Positions 18,473-27,055 of a stretch of DNA of 64,000 nt are shown here, piece by piece. This DNA is from an uncultured Bacteroidota bacterium (GTDB lineage: Bacteria > Bacteroidota > Ignavibacteria > UBA10030 > UBA6906), in assembly GCA_963714855.1 (NCBI GenBank), contig CAVQPT010000014.1, positions 112,569 through 176,568 of the forward strand, given 5' to 3'. How positions within the stretch are numbered: position 1 is the stretch's first letter; each line of letters starts with the position of its first letter. The notes beneath the pieces are model-generated. The model was not told where the DNA came from. It made no database searches and saw only the letters and a list, made by a program, of their open reading frames with translations. A program made the position numbers and the translations under genes.

Positions 18473-20926
18473 ATGACCCTTCGCGTATTCGCATGCCTTG
18501 TGATGCTAGCGCCGACACTGACGGCGCAGGTCACTCCCGGAGACTATGTATCCTACACCCGATACGGGAGCGCCGTGCGGATTCACACAATCTCGTGTGA
18601 GGTACGGCTGACTTTCTACTCGGAGGAAATTCTCAGGGTTGATTTTCTCCCATCGCCGTTGGCTCTCCTCGATTCATCGTTTGTCGTCATCCGTGAACCG
18701 TCAGGCACTCTCCCCATAATTGTGCAGGAGTGCGACTCTTTGCTCCACATCGCATCGTCTCTCCTTCGCGTGCAATGCCGGAAGTATCCCCTCCGGCTGA
18801 CATTTGCTGATTCGTCGGGACGTGTGCTCCTCGCGGAATCTGACGCAGGTGGCATGGCGGCCGACGCCGAGCAACGGCGCATGCAGTTTGTGCTGAACGA
18901 CAACGATCACTTCTATGGAACAGGAGAACGAGGCACGAGTCTCGACAAACGGGGACAGTCCTTCGACTCTTACAACACTCAGGTCGGCGGGTATTCAACC
19001 CCTCTCCGAACAATGAATCTGAATGTCCCCTTTCTCGCATCCACCAACGGCTACGCTCTCTACATCGACAACCCCTACCGGGGCAGATTCGACTTGGGCG
19101 CGTCCGACACGACGGTGTTTTCCTACACCGTATCCGGCGGAGAGCTTTCCTGGTACTTCATCGGGGCTCCGACAATTCAGGGGCAGCTCGAGCAGTACAC
19201 CTGGCTCACCGGGAGACAGCCCCTTCCTCCGCGCTGGGCGTTCGGGTTTCTCCAATCGAAGAACCGCTATCAGGACGAGCGCGAGGCACGTTCCATCGTC
19301 AGGACAATGCGCGAAAGACATTTCCCCTGTGACGCCCTTATCCTCGACCTGGCGTGGTTCAGGCACATGGGCGATCTCACCTGGGATACCACGCGATGGC
19401 CTCACAGCGACGCAATGGTTTCCGATTTCCTCGCACAGGGGTTTAAGACCATTCTGATCACAGAACCGTATGTCGTACACCCCTCGGTCAATTTCGCCGA
19501 GGCCGATTCCCTCGGATACTTCGCGCAGGATGCCACCGGTCACACGTTTGTGCTGGACAAGTGGTGGTCGTGCGGCGGATGTGAAGCGGCTCTCCTCGAC
19601 CTGACGGATCCGACGGTGCAACGCTGGTGGTGGGGTAAGCACGTGGAAGCGTTCGGGTCTCAGGTCGCAGGAATCTGGACAGATCTTGGAGAGCCGGAGC
19701 GACACCCCGATGCGATGATGCATGCTCTCGGACCCGCTCCCACCATTCATAATGTCTACAACCTCCTCTGGGCCAGAACCGTCTTTGAAGGTCTGAGCAA
19801 CCTACACCCTGAGAGGCGCGTTGTGAACCTCACGCGATCAGGCTTCGCCGGCATCCAGCGGTATGGCGTACTGCCGTGGTCGGGGGACGTGGCGCGCAGC
19901 TTCGGGGGGCTGGCTGTGCAGATCCCGATGATGCTCGGCATGGGCATGTCGGGTCTTGCGTACCACAATTCCGATATCGGCGGGTATGCCAGGATGCCGA
20001 CAACCCCCGAACTCTATGTCCGGTGGATGCAATACGGCGTATTCTGTCCGATCACCCGGACGCACGGAGCTGGCGAAGCGGTGCGGGGCTCACCAACTGA
20101 GCCGTGGCAGTTCGGCTCCGGGGCGGAAACTATATGCCGGGAGTTCCTTCGTCTCCGGTATCGGTTGCTGCCATACATCTACACCTATGCCCGACAGAAC
20201 TACGAGTCTGGACTGCCGTTGGCCCGGCCGCTGTTCTTCCTGGATCCCTCAGATCCCCGGCTGTACAACGACAACTCGTCCTATATGTGGGGGGACGCAT
20301 TTCTTGTCTCGCCGATCGTCGAGCAGGGACAAACATCGAAAGAACTCTACCTTCCACGGGGGAACTGGTTCAATTTCTGGACGGATGAACTGGTCCAGGG
20401 TGGAGCGTTCAGCCTCGTGGATGCTCCGCTTGACCAAATGCCTCTCTTCGTACGATCAGGGAGCATTATTCCGATGGGACCCGTCATGGAGTATTCCGAC
20501 GAGCGGGAGCTCGATACGCTCACCCTCGCAGTGTATCCTGCCAACGCCGGTACGGCGTCGTTCACGCTGTACGAGGATGACGGCAAGACGCTTGCCTACC
20601 AGCGAGACGGGTTTTCGTTGACCACATTCACTCAAGAGTATGTCCCGTATGCCAAGGGTCCGAACCTCCGGCTGCGCGCCGGGCCGGCGGTGGGGTTATT
20701 TGCGGGGAAACTCACGCGACGTGTCTATGTGTTTGATGTACACGGGATTGCTCAGCGTCCGGCCCAGATCCTCTGCAATGGAGTGATGCTGACCGGTCCA
20801 GGACCACAATGGGGGGCGTCTGCAGGACGAGAAGGATTCCGGTACGATGAAGATACGCACAAGCTTCACATTCAGACTCTCTGCAGCACGGACAGCACGT
20901 ACGACATCGAGGTCAGGTTTCCATAG
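18473..20926 (+). CDS. GH31 glycoside hydrolase (alpha-glucosidase/alpha-xylosidase-like), exported
   Basis: Signal peptide MTLRVFACLVMLAPTLTAQ. Motifs: FYGTGERG, GIWTDLGEPE, PWSGDV, YHNSDIGGY, RTHGAGE. Intact at 817 aa. Confidence 0.9.
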   Translation: MTLRVFACLVMLAPTLTAQVTPGDYVSYTRYGSAVRIHTISCEVRLTFYSEEILRVDFLPSPLALLDSSFVVIREPSGTLPIIVQECDSLLHIASSLLRVQCRKYPLRLTFADSSGRVLLAESDAGGMAADAEQRRMQFVLNDNDHFYGTGERGTSLDKRGQSFDSYNTQVGGYSTPLRTMNLNVPFLASTNGYALYIDNPYRGRFDLGASDTTVFSYTVSGGELSWYFIGAPTIQGQLEQYTWLTGRQPLPPRWAFGFLQSKNRYQDEREARSIVRTMRERHFPCDALILDLAWFRHMGDLTWDTTRWPHSDAMVSDFLAQGFKTILITEPYVVHPSVNFAEADSLGYFAQDATGHTFVLDKWWSCGGCEAALLDLTDPTVQRWWWGKHVEAFGSQVAGIWTDLGEPERHPDAMMHALGPAPTIHNVYNLLWARTVFEGLSNLHPERRVVNLTRSGFAGIQRYGVLPWSGDVARSFGGLAVQIPMMLGMGMSGLAYHNSDIGGYARMPTTPELYVRWMQYGVFCPITRTHGAGEAVRGSPTEPWQFGSGAETICREFLRLRYRLLPYIYTYARQNYESGLPLARPLFFLDPSDPRLYNDNSSYMWGDAFLVSPIVEQGQTSKELYLPRGNWFNFWTDELVQGGAFSLVDAPLDQMPLFVRSGSIIPMGPVMEYSDERELDTLTLAVYPANAGTASFTLYEDDGKTLAYQRDGFSLTTFTQEYVPYAKGPNLRLRAGPAVGLFAGKLTRRVYVFDVHGIAQRPAQILCNGVMLTGPGPQWGASAGREGFRYDEDTHKLHIQTLCSTDSTYDIEVRFP

Positions 20927-20966
20927 ACGTAATCACGCAAATCTGAAAGGCGGGGACCGAATACAG

Positions 20967-21104
20967 ATGCAGGAAACGATCGTGGTCATCACAGGTGCGA
21001 GCAGCGGCATCGGGGCCGCACTCGCGGAAAAGGTGGCGGATATCATCGCACACGATGATTACTTCGCAGCGTGGGGACGTCTCTACCCGTCCGGGTTCAC
21101 GTGA
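20967..21104 (+). pseudogene. remnant of a short-chain dehydrogenase/reductase (only the N-terminal cofactor-binding motif remains)
   Basis: ATG 20967 encodes MQETIVVITGASSGIGAALAEKVA (SDR TGxxxGxG motif). The sequence then diverges and stops after 45 codons. I saw no SDR-like continuation in any frame. Confidence 0.4.
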
Positions 21105-21320
21105 GCGGATCGTGGCATTCACCTCAACACTGGGAGAGGATCCCTGAGGCGGTCGAGAGCGGCATCCAACCGTTCAGGAGCGGTGTGCCGGCGATCGTTG
21201 ACTTACCTCGTTTCGGGCTCTGGTGCCGTCGGCGACACCGTTCAATGGTATCGCGACCGAGGGTAGACGGACGATGCGGACGGGTCCGCTAACGGGGGCA
21301 ACAGCGACAAACGAAAGACT

Positions 21321-21358
21321 ACAAAACAAAGGGGCCCGGATCATTGATTCAGGCCCCT
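21321..21358 (-). terminator. Rho-independent terminator downstream of the DinB-like gene
   Basis: On the minus strand the sequence is AGGGGCC-(15 nt loop)-GGCCCCT followed by TTGTTTTGT. The stem arms are 21352-21358 and 21330-21336. It lies directly after the stop at 21385. Confidence 0.55.
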
Positions 21359-21384
21359 CGGTGGAATTTCTTCTGCTCCCTCTT

Positions 21385-21990
21385 CTACTTCTGCTTCTTT
21401 TCCGTCTTTTCCATCATGGACTTCTCGCCGGCCTGTTGCGCGGCAGACCACGGCGGGACGACACCCACCATGCGCGCGTAGGCAATCGACTGCCCGAGAT
21501 GTTCGTGAGCATGAGAAAGGAGTGCGAGCAGGACACTCCGGGCTGTCATCTTCTGCCCGAAGAAATTTACTTCTTTTTCCAGATCCGCATCGGACATCGT
21601 CTTGACGGCACTCTTCACGAAGTCAAAAGACTTCGTCACTTGCTCACGAATGGCTTTCTTGTCCGTCGTGGCCGTTTCCCACTTCTTTGCATCCGCGGGA
21701 GTTGCTATGACCATGCCTTCCGGGGGAGGAGCACCAGCGAATTTTGCGAGCATGTAGTTCGAGAAGGCGGTATGGGAATACACTTCGCTGATCGACCGAA
21801 CCTCTTTGTTCGGGCGCCAGGTCATCTTGGCATCCGGAGTGGCATTTTCGAGATCGAGAATCTGCTTCTCAACGTAGGCCAGCTGCCCGATCAGATCTGC
21901 ACGGAACCCATGCACGTCCTGCGCCAGGCCCGCCGTCGTGGCGGCTAGAATCAGCATACTGAATGCTACAGCCCTAATAGTGTGTTTCAT
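21385..21990 (-). CDS. DinB-family (four-helix bundle, metal-binding) protein with predicted signal peptide
   Basis: ATG 21990 is preceded by AGGAG. Signal peptide MKHTIRAVAFSMLILAATTAGLAQ. DinB-like features: EVYSHTAFSNYM and LLALLSHAHEHLGQSIAYARMVGVVPPW. Confidence 0.7.
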   Translation of the reverse strand: MKHTIRAVAFSMLILAATTAGLAQDVHGFRADLIGQLAYVEKQILDLENATPDAKMTWRPNKEVRSISEVYSHTAFSNYMLAKFAGAPPPEGMVIATPADAKKWETATTDKKAIREQVTKSFDFVKSAVKTMSDADLEKEVNFFGQKMTARSVLLALLSHAHEHLGQSIAYARMVGVVPPWSAAQQAGEKSMMEKTEKKQK

Positions 21991-22617
21991 AGAGAAACTC
22001 CTGCTGTGATGGTTGGTAAATTGAGAGACATCCTTGTTCCCGGGACCGGCTGTCCGCCTCTGCTCTAAGAGGGGCGTTGGGGGGGAAACACCAGTTGGCG
22101 TCCGCACAGTCAGAACACTAATACGCGCAGGAGTTGTTCCTGCGAGTCAGGAATAACCGGGGAATCCTTGCTGCCCCCAGCGCCGCCCCCCATTGTCGAC
22201 CGGACGTGAGGGCCGATCTGCCAGGGTCCATGTCTCCGTTGGTGCAGATTCTCCAAATCTGAGGGTTTTGGTCGCGAATGAGGTTTTTACAGATTACGGT
22301 TGACAGAAAGCGTGGTTCGGAGTACATTTCTTCTACTCGGACATAGGTCAAATTAGGCAGACGCTGCGGAATCTGAAGATCCTGTGCGGTGACTGCACCA
22401 GGCCTGGAAGCGCATCTGATCCCGGACTCTATTTGCCCTCCCACTTCTTCCGCGGCACCGTCAAGTAACCCTCTTCCCGCCTTCAACTCAATTACATCCC
22501 CGGCAATGAATGAGCGAGGGGAGAGGAAGCTTGCGTCACTCTTCATCTTCAGGATTGCCCCATGACCATGGCTTCGCGAGGACACTTGTCTCACGCTGGA
22601 CAACAGATGGAGGCAAC

Positions 22618-23719
22618 ATGAAACGCAGCATACTCTGCCTTCTGATCGGTGGATTTCTCACGATCTCATCCGGCCTTGCACCTGCCCAGCATCTGCTCGC
22701 CGACGACTTTATTTACCCTGTGGCTGACAGCATTGAATCGGTCAGCCCATGGGACGACAATACCTCAACGCCGCACAAGATCCGCATCGTTTCCCCCGGA
22801 TTGGCGTTTCCAGGGCACGTTGGTTCAGGAGTCGGCAATGCGGTTTTCCTCTCAAACATGCCGGGGGGCGATATCGTGAAGCGCATCTTCCCTACACGGG
22901 ACTCCGGGAGTATCTACCTTTCCTACCTCCTTGAGGTCGATAGCCTCACTCCCACGGCATCCGACGGATACGTGGCCTGTCTGGATCAAGCCGGCGGTGC
23001 GACCAACCACTGCACCAAGGCGTACATCCGCAGGGTCTCACCAAACTCCTTCAATCTGGGCATCGTCAAGATCACTGGATCCGCGGTGTTCGACGGAGAG
23101 GTCTATGGCACGGACACCACCTATCTGGTGGTCGTGAAGTACACCTGGGTCAGCGGTACGGCAACTGATGATACCGCAAAAATCTTCGTCTTCCGGTCGT
23201 CCATTCCTGCGACAGAACCAGTGGGAGGCACGTTCACTATCGTCGGTACCGACGCCATCGACGCCGGTGAGGTGATTCATATCGAATGCCTACGCACAGA
23301 CCGGACTTGCCGGTTCCCCGGTCCGAATTGATGCAATTCGTGTCGGAACAACATGGGCAGGAGCACTTGTGAGCGATGCCCGACCCATCGATCCGCCGTT
23401 GCCAGACGGCTTCACACTTGATCAGAATTTTCCGAACCCGTTCAATCCCACGACGACAATCCGATATGTGATCGGGGGCGAAGCAAGGGGCACCGGGAAT
23501 GGTGACGGATCTGGAGATCGGGACAAAAGCGACAGTTGGGTGCGCCTCGTGGTTTATGATCTACTCGGAAGGCAGGTGGCTGTGCTCGTGAACGAGAGAC
23601 AGTCACCTGGAGAGTATCACGCAACATTCGACGCCATGGGTCTGGCGAGCGGAGTCTATGTGTATCGCCTCACGTCAGGAAGCTTCGTCCAGTCCCGAAG
23701 GATGCTCGCACTCAGGTAG
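22618..23719 (+). pseudogene. exported T9SS-sorted protein of unknown function, body and C-terminal sorting domain in different frames (frameshift or indel near 23276-23290)
   Basis: ATG 22618 (GATGGAGG upstream) gives signal peptide MKRSILCLLIGGFLTISSGLAPAQ and a body running to stop 23331. A second frame opens at 23276 and reads SNAYAQTGLAGSPVRIDAIRVGTTWAGAL...DQNFPNPFNPTTTIRY...VYVYRLTSGSFVQSRRMLALR (track ORF 23369..23719). Confidence 0.7.
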
Positions 23720-23723
23720 CATA

Positions 23724-24756
23724 TTATTTCATAAGCAGCATTCGTTTCGTCTCAACCGCATTCCCCGCGGTAAGTCTGTAGAGATACACTCCGCTGGCTT
23801 GATCGCCTGCATCCCACTCCACCGAATACCGTCCGGGCTGCAGGTTCCCATTGACCAATACGGCCACTTCACGTCCGAGAAGATCATACACGGCCAGCCG
23901 TACTTTCCCATCTCCCGGACCAGCGATCCTGTATGGTATTGATGTGCTCGGATTGAAAGGATTGGGAAAATTCTGCTCCAGTCCGAACGTCACCGGCCGC
24001 TCACTAATATCCCCTTCCACCCCTGCCAGAATGCCATACGAAATGAACTCACTCTGCAGAACCGTCTTTGTCGCTGATTCCTGTACAAAGACCACGACTC
24101 CTGCACGGTCGGCCATCGAGACGTTTGTCAGATCCGATGTTTTCTCCACAACCCGGGTGCCGCCGGTGGAGATGGTGAATGCCTCACCCGTCGAGCCTGT
24201 GATCATCTTCCTCATCACTGCGTTCTGTGGACTTATACCATTCCTTCCGGCGTAGTCGACGTTTTCGACAAGGATAAAATGAATGACCAGCTGTCCCCCC
24301 GGAAGTGCACCGTCCGCCTGTACCATCGCAGAGACGGTGATCGTATTGCCGCTTCTACTGCCGTCCAGCATGATCGTAATAGGACTTGAGACTGCCACGC
24401 GCGCGTCGAGCGACGTGCCCCAGGAAGCGTATGCTGTTCCCTGGTTGGCGCCATCAAAGAACGTCACCGGTGTCGCTGAAAACGGCCCATAGTACTGATT
24501 CCGCCCGGCCGCGTCGACCGCGGCTACCTGTGCAGAGGGGATCGTCGGGGTATGGAAACGGGACATGGTAGTAGATGTACCGTATGTGGGTCGCATTGGG
24601 ATTTGTCGTCTCATAGGCTTTGAGCGAGGCATGCGCAGGCGGACACAGGCTGCAATGCGAATTGGTAAACATCTCCACCAGGACGTTCCGGTCCCCGGCG
24701 CTGCTTTGCACCGCAAGTATTGCACTGAGCACCGCCGCCGCCATCAGGATTTTCAT
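23724..24756 (-). pseudogene. Omp28-related / thioredoxin-like (CxxC) T9SS-sorted protein, frame interrupted near 24525-24535
   Basis: The N-terminal ORF 24454..24756 reads MKILMAAAVLSAILAVQSSAGDRNVLVEMFTNSHCSLCPPAH...YHVPFPYPDDPL and then degenerates. The protein continues in another frame (ORF 23724..24725): AQVAAVDAAGRNQYYGPFSATPVTFFDG...EQNFPNPFNPSTSIPY...VYLYRLTAGNAVETKRMLLMK. Confidence 0.7.
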
Positions 24757-24771
24757 TGGACCGCTCCTCCA

Positions 24772-26379
24772 TCAAAGGGTTGATTGCATCGCCAGCCGTA
24801 CGCCACTGAAAGGTTGAATGTACCTACAAACACCGTTGGCACAGACCTGCCCACCGCGCTCCTGGCCGACGGTCAGGACGAACACATGAGCCCCGCCGAG
24901 CCTGTATCCCACCTCCCCGGCAAACCAGTTCCGCCGTCCGGAAGGGTCCGAAGGGTTGTTCGTGAATTCGCTCCGAACGGCCAGACTGATCCCCGGCAGG
25001 CGGACTATATTCATACCGACCAGCGTGTTTTGATATCGTTCCCGGGCAACATTATAGTTGTCCGACGCCGTTTCAAATTCCACCTGCACGATCACCGTGT
25101 GGTGGTCGTCCAGACCAATCTGGAGCGACGCCGGAATCACCATCGACCGGATCACATGATCGTTACCCCGGCTGAAAAGCACTGCCTGTGTTGCGGCTCG
25201 CCCGGCGACAGCCGCGCGAAGGAGATCCCGATCGTTGAAGTAGTGTTCTGCCTCAGCCAGGAGCTCCCAGGACGGCGAGAGGGCGGCATCGACGGTGGGG
25301 AGAAACGCCCCTTTTCGCGCGCGCCGGGTGAAGGTGAAGCGATCTTTTTGATAATCGTAATAGTCGTGCTGGCTCGAAAGGCTTGCATTCACGGTCAGCG
25401 TCGTTTGGGCTGCCGGCTTGAAAAACCCTTCGAACTGAAGTCCCACCTCATCGTTGAAATCCACCTGGTGCAATGTCCGTGTCAGGAAAGTCCAGGAATG
25501 TTCTTTCTGCACGGTGGGCGGGTTCTGGATGGGCAGCATCCTCGTGGGCCGTGTCGGATCATAGCGTTCGAACGGATCGCGAATGTCGAACCGGTAATCC
25601 TTGTAGTCGACTACCAGGCCGATCGCACTCCCTGTCCATGAAAGGGAGCCATAGACTCCGTACCCGGATGATGTCGTTCCGTCCGACGCGAGGGTCGTTC
25701 GTTTCTGCGTCCACGCTCCGAACCCCTCGAAGTCCCCTATCCGGAACGATCCGTACAGTTCCGGGATACCAGCTTTCAGTCCCACCGGAGTGAGAATGCC
25801 CGGCAGAGAGCCCTCAGTCTCGACGAAACTTCCGCCGAGAGTGAGCCATGGGAAAGGATCGATCTCGAGGTTGGCCCCTTTGAGAACATAGACTTCAGTC
25901 CGTGCGACAACGATGGAATCCCAGTACTCCACTCTGCCTGCTACAGCAGTGGCGCGAAAGAACGAACCCTCATATCCCGCCTTTACCCCGTCCATCCAGG
26001 TATCGTACGCCAGACCCCGGTCTTCAAAGAGGTTGAGCGCAAGCCCGCGCCCGAACAACTGGGACGAATTGCCGGCGCGGATGGTGAGCCCGTCGGAAGC
26101 GAACTCGACATAGCGGCGTTTGATGCCTTTAAAGGTCGGACCGATTTCCGGAGGGGCGTCGTAGAGGAATCTCATGCCTGCAGTGATCGACCGGGGGAAG
26201 CCGATCCGCAGGTCCAGCTGCTCTTCGAAGTAGTTGAAATTCCCGCTCGCTGCCACACCGCCTGATCTGCCGGTTCCGTATCGGATGATGTTGAGTACCG
26301 AGGGAGTGACTTCCTGCGCCCTCCCCGTCGATCCGGCAAACCCGACCAGAAGGAGCATTCCCACATACCTGAACCGCAT
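24772..26379 (-). CDS. predicted outer-membrane beta-barrel protein (possibly DUF6029-like)
   Basis: Signal peptide MRFRYVGMLLLVGFAGSTGRAQ. Aromatic/Gly-rich alternating beta-strand pattern throughout. The start shares one nt with the stop of the upstream TlpA gene (TAATG). Confidence 0.65.
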   Translation of the reverse strand: MRFRYVGMLLLVGFAGSTGRAQEVTPSVLNIIRYGTGRSGGVAASGNFNYFEEQLDLRIGFPRSITAGMRFLYDAPPEIGPTFKGIKRRYVEFASDGLTIRAGNSSQLFGRGLALNLFEDRGLAYDTWMDGVKAGYEGSFFRATAVAGRVEYWDSIVVARTEVYVLKGANLEIDPFPWLTLGGSFVETEGSLPGILTPVGLKAGIPELYGSFRIGDFEGFGAWTQKRTTLASDGTTSSGYGVYGSLSWTGSAIGLVVDYKDYRFDIRDPFERYDPTRPTRMLPIQNPPTVQKEHSWTFLTRTLHQVDFNDEVGLQFEGFFKPAAQTTLTVNASLSSQHDYYDYQKDRFTFTRRARKGAFLPTVDAALSPSWELLAEAEHYFNDRDLLRAAVAGRAATQAVLFSRGNDHVIRSMVIPASLQIGLDDHHTVIVQVEFETASDNYNVARERYQNTLVGMNIVRLPGISLAVRSEFTNNPSDPSGRRNWFAGEVGYRLGGAHVFVLTVGQERGGQVCANGVCRYIQPFSGVRLAMQSTL

Positions 26380-26885
26380 TACCGGTCCCTCAATATCGAC
26401 AGGAGCGTCTGTTCGATTTTTGCCTCATCCCCGGGCAGATAGCCGAGCGATGTCGTGGCGATCGTTGCCATGCTGTCGAGCATGACGCTGTATGGAAGGG
26501 TCTGGCCGTTGAATTTCTGGAGGAGCTGGCCGTTGGGATCGAGCACAACCGGGAATGTGAATCCCTGCGAGGCGACATACGACCGGACTTTGGCGATGCT
26601 TTTCGGCGAATCCTGGTTGATGGCAACCACCGAAAAACCCCGGGAGGAGTACCGATCATACAGTTTCTGCAGTGCCCGGAGTTCCTGTTTACACGGTGTA
26701 CACCAGAGGGCCCAGAACGTGACGAGTGTGGGCCCCTTCGCGGCCACCGTCGAGAGGTAGAGTTCATCGCCCTTCATCGTGGTGAGCGCGCCGCTCTCCA
26801 CAGGTTGGGCGGAACCGCTGGCAACGCCAAGAAAGAGGCCGACCAGGATCATAGTCGGCACGCAGGACCTCAATAGACATGACAT
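26379..26885 (-). CDS. TlpA/ResA-family thiol-disulfide oxidoreductase, exported
   Basis: ATG 26885 gives MSCLLRSCVPTMILVGLFLGVASGSAQP. Thioredoxin motif LVTFWALWCTPCKQELRAL. The upstream part of ORF ..27116 overlaps the divergent promoter region. Confidence 0.85.
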   Translation of the reverse strand: MSCLLRSCVPTMILVGLFLGVASGSAQPVESGALTTMKGDELYLSTVAAKGPTLVTFWALWCTPCKQELRALQKLYDRYSSRGFSVVAINQDSPKSIAKVRSYVASQGFTFPVVLDPNGQLLQKFNGQTLPYSVMLDSMATIATTSLGYLPGDEAKIEQTLLSILRDR

Positions 26886-26955
26886 GCTTTTACAACACCA
26901 TCCGGCGCAGGAAGGGTTCCGTGAGGCATAGGGCGAATTCAGGCTTAGGGACGGT

Positions 26956-26984
26956 TTGACTCTCGCCTTTCGCTCCACTATCTT
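26956..26984 (+). promoter_or_regulatory. sigma-70-type promoter candidate TTGACT-N17-TATCTT
   Basis: TTGACT at 26956-26961, a 17-nt spacer, and TATCTT at 26979-26984. It lies 72 nt upstream of ATG 27056. Confidence 0.4.
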
Positions 26985-27055
26985 ACCCTGTGCCTTGATT
27001 CCTCGTGCTCCAGGGATCGCGCCCTGCCCACTGTGCGATGGATGATCTCTGATCC

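Noticed and set aside
21223-21948. 241-aa + strand ORF
   Set aside because: It is antisense to the DinB-like gene, which has a signal peptide, an RBS and a terminator on the minus strand.
22118-22603. 161-aa minus-strand ORF as a real gene
   Set aside because: It has atypical codon usage, no RBS and no motif, and it overlaps the upstream region of the divergent gene. It is kept only as an observation in the findings.
24837-24850. TGGCACAGACCTGC, resembling a sigma-54 -24/-12 element
   Set aside because: The GG-to-GC spacing is one nt short of the consensus. It lies inside the coding region of the barrel gene and on the opposite strand to it.
24784-25641. 285-aa + strand ORF
   Set aside because: It is antisense to the beta-barrel gene. 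Its composition is Arg/Pro-rich and non-protein-like.
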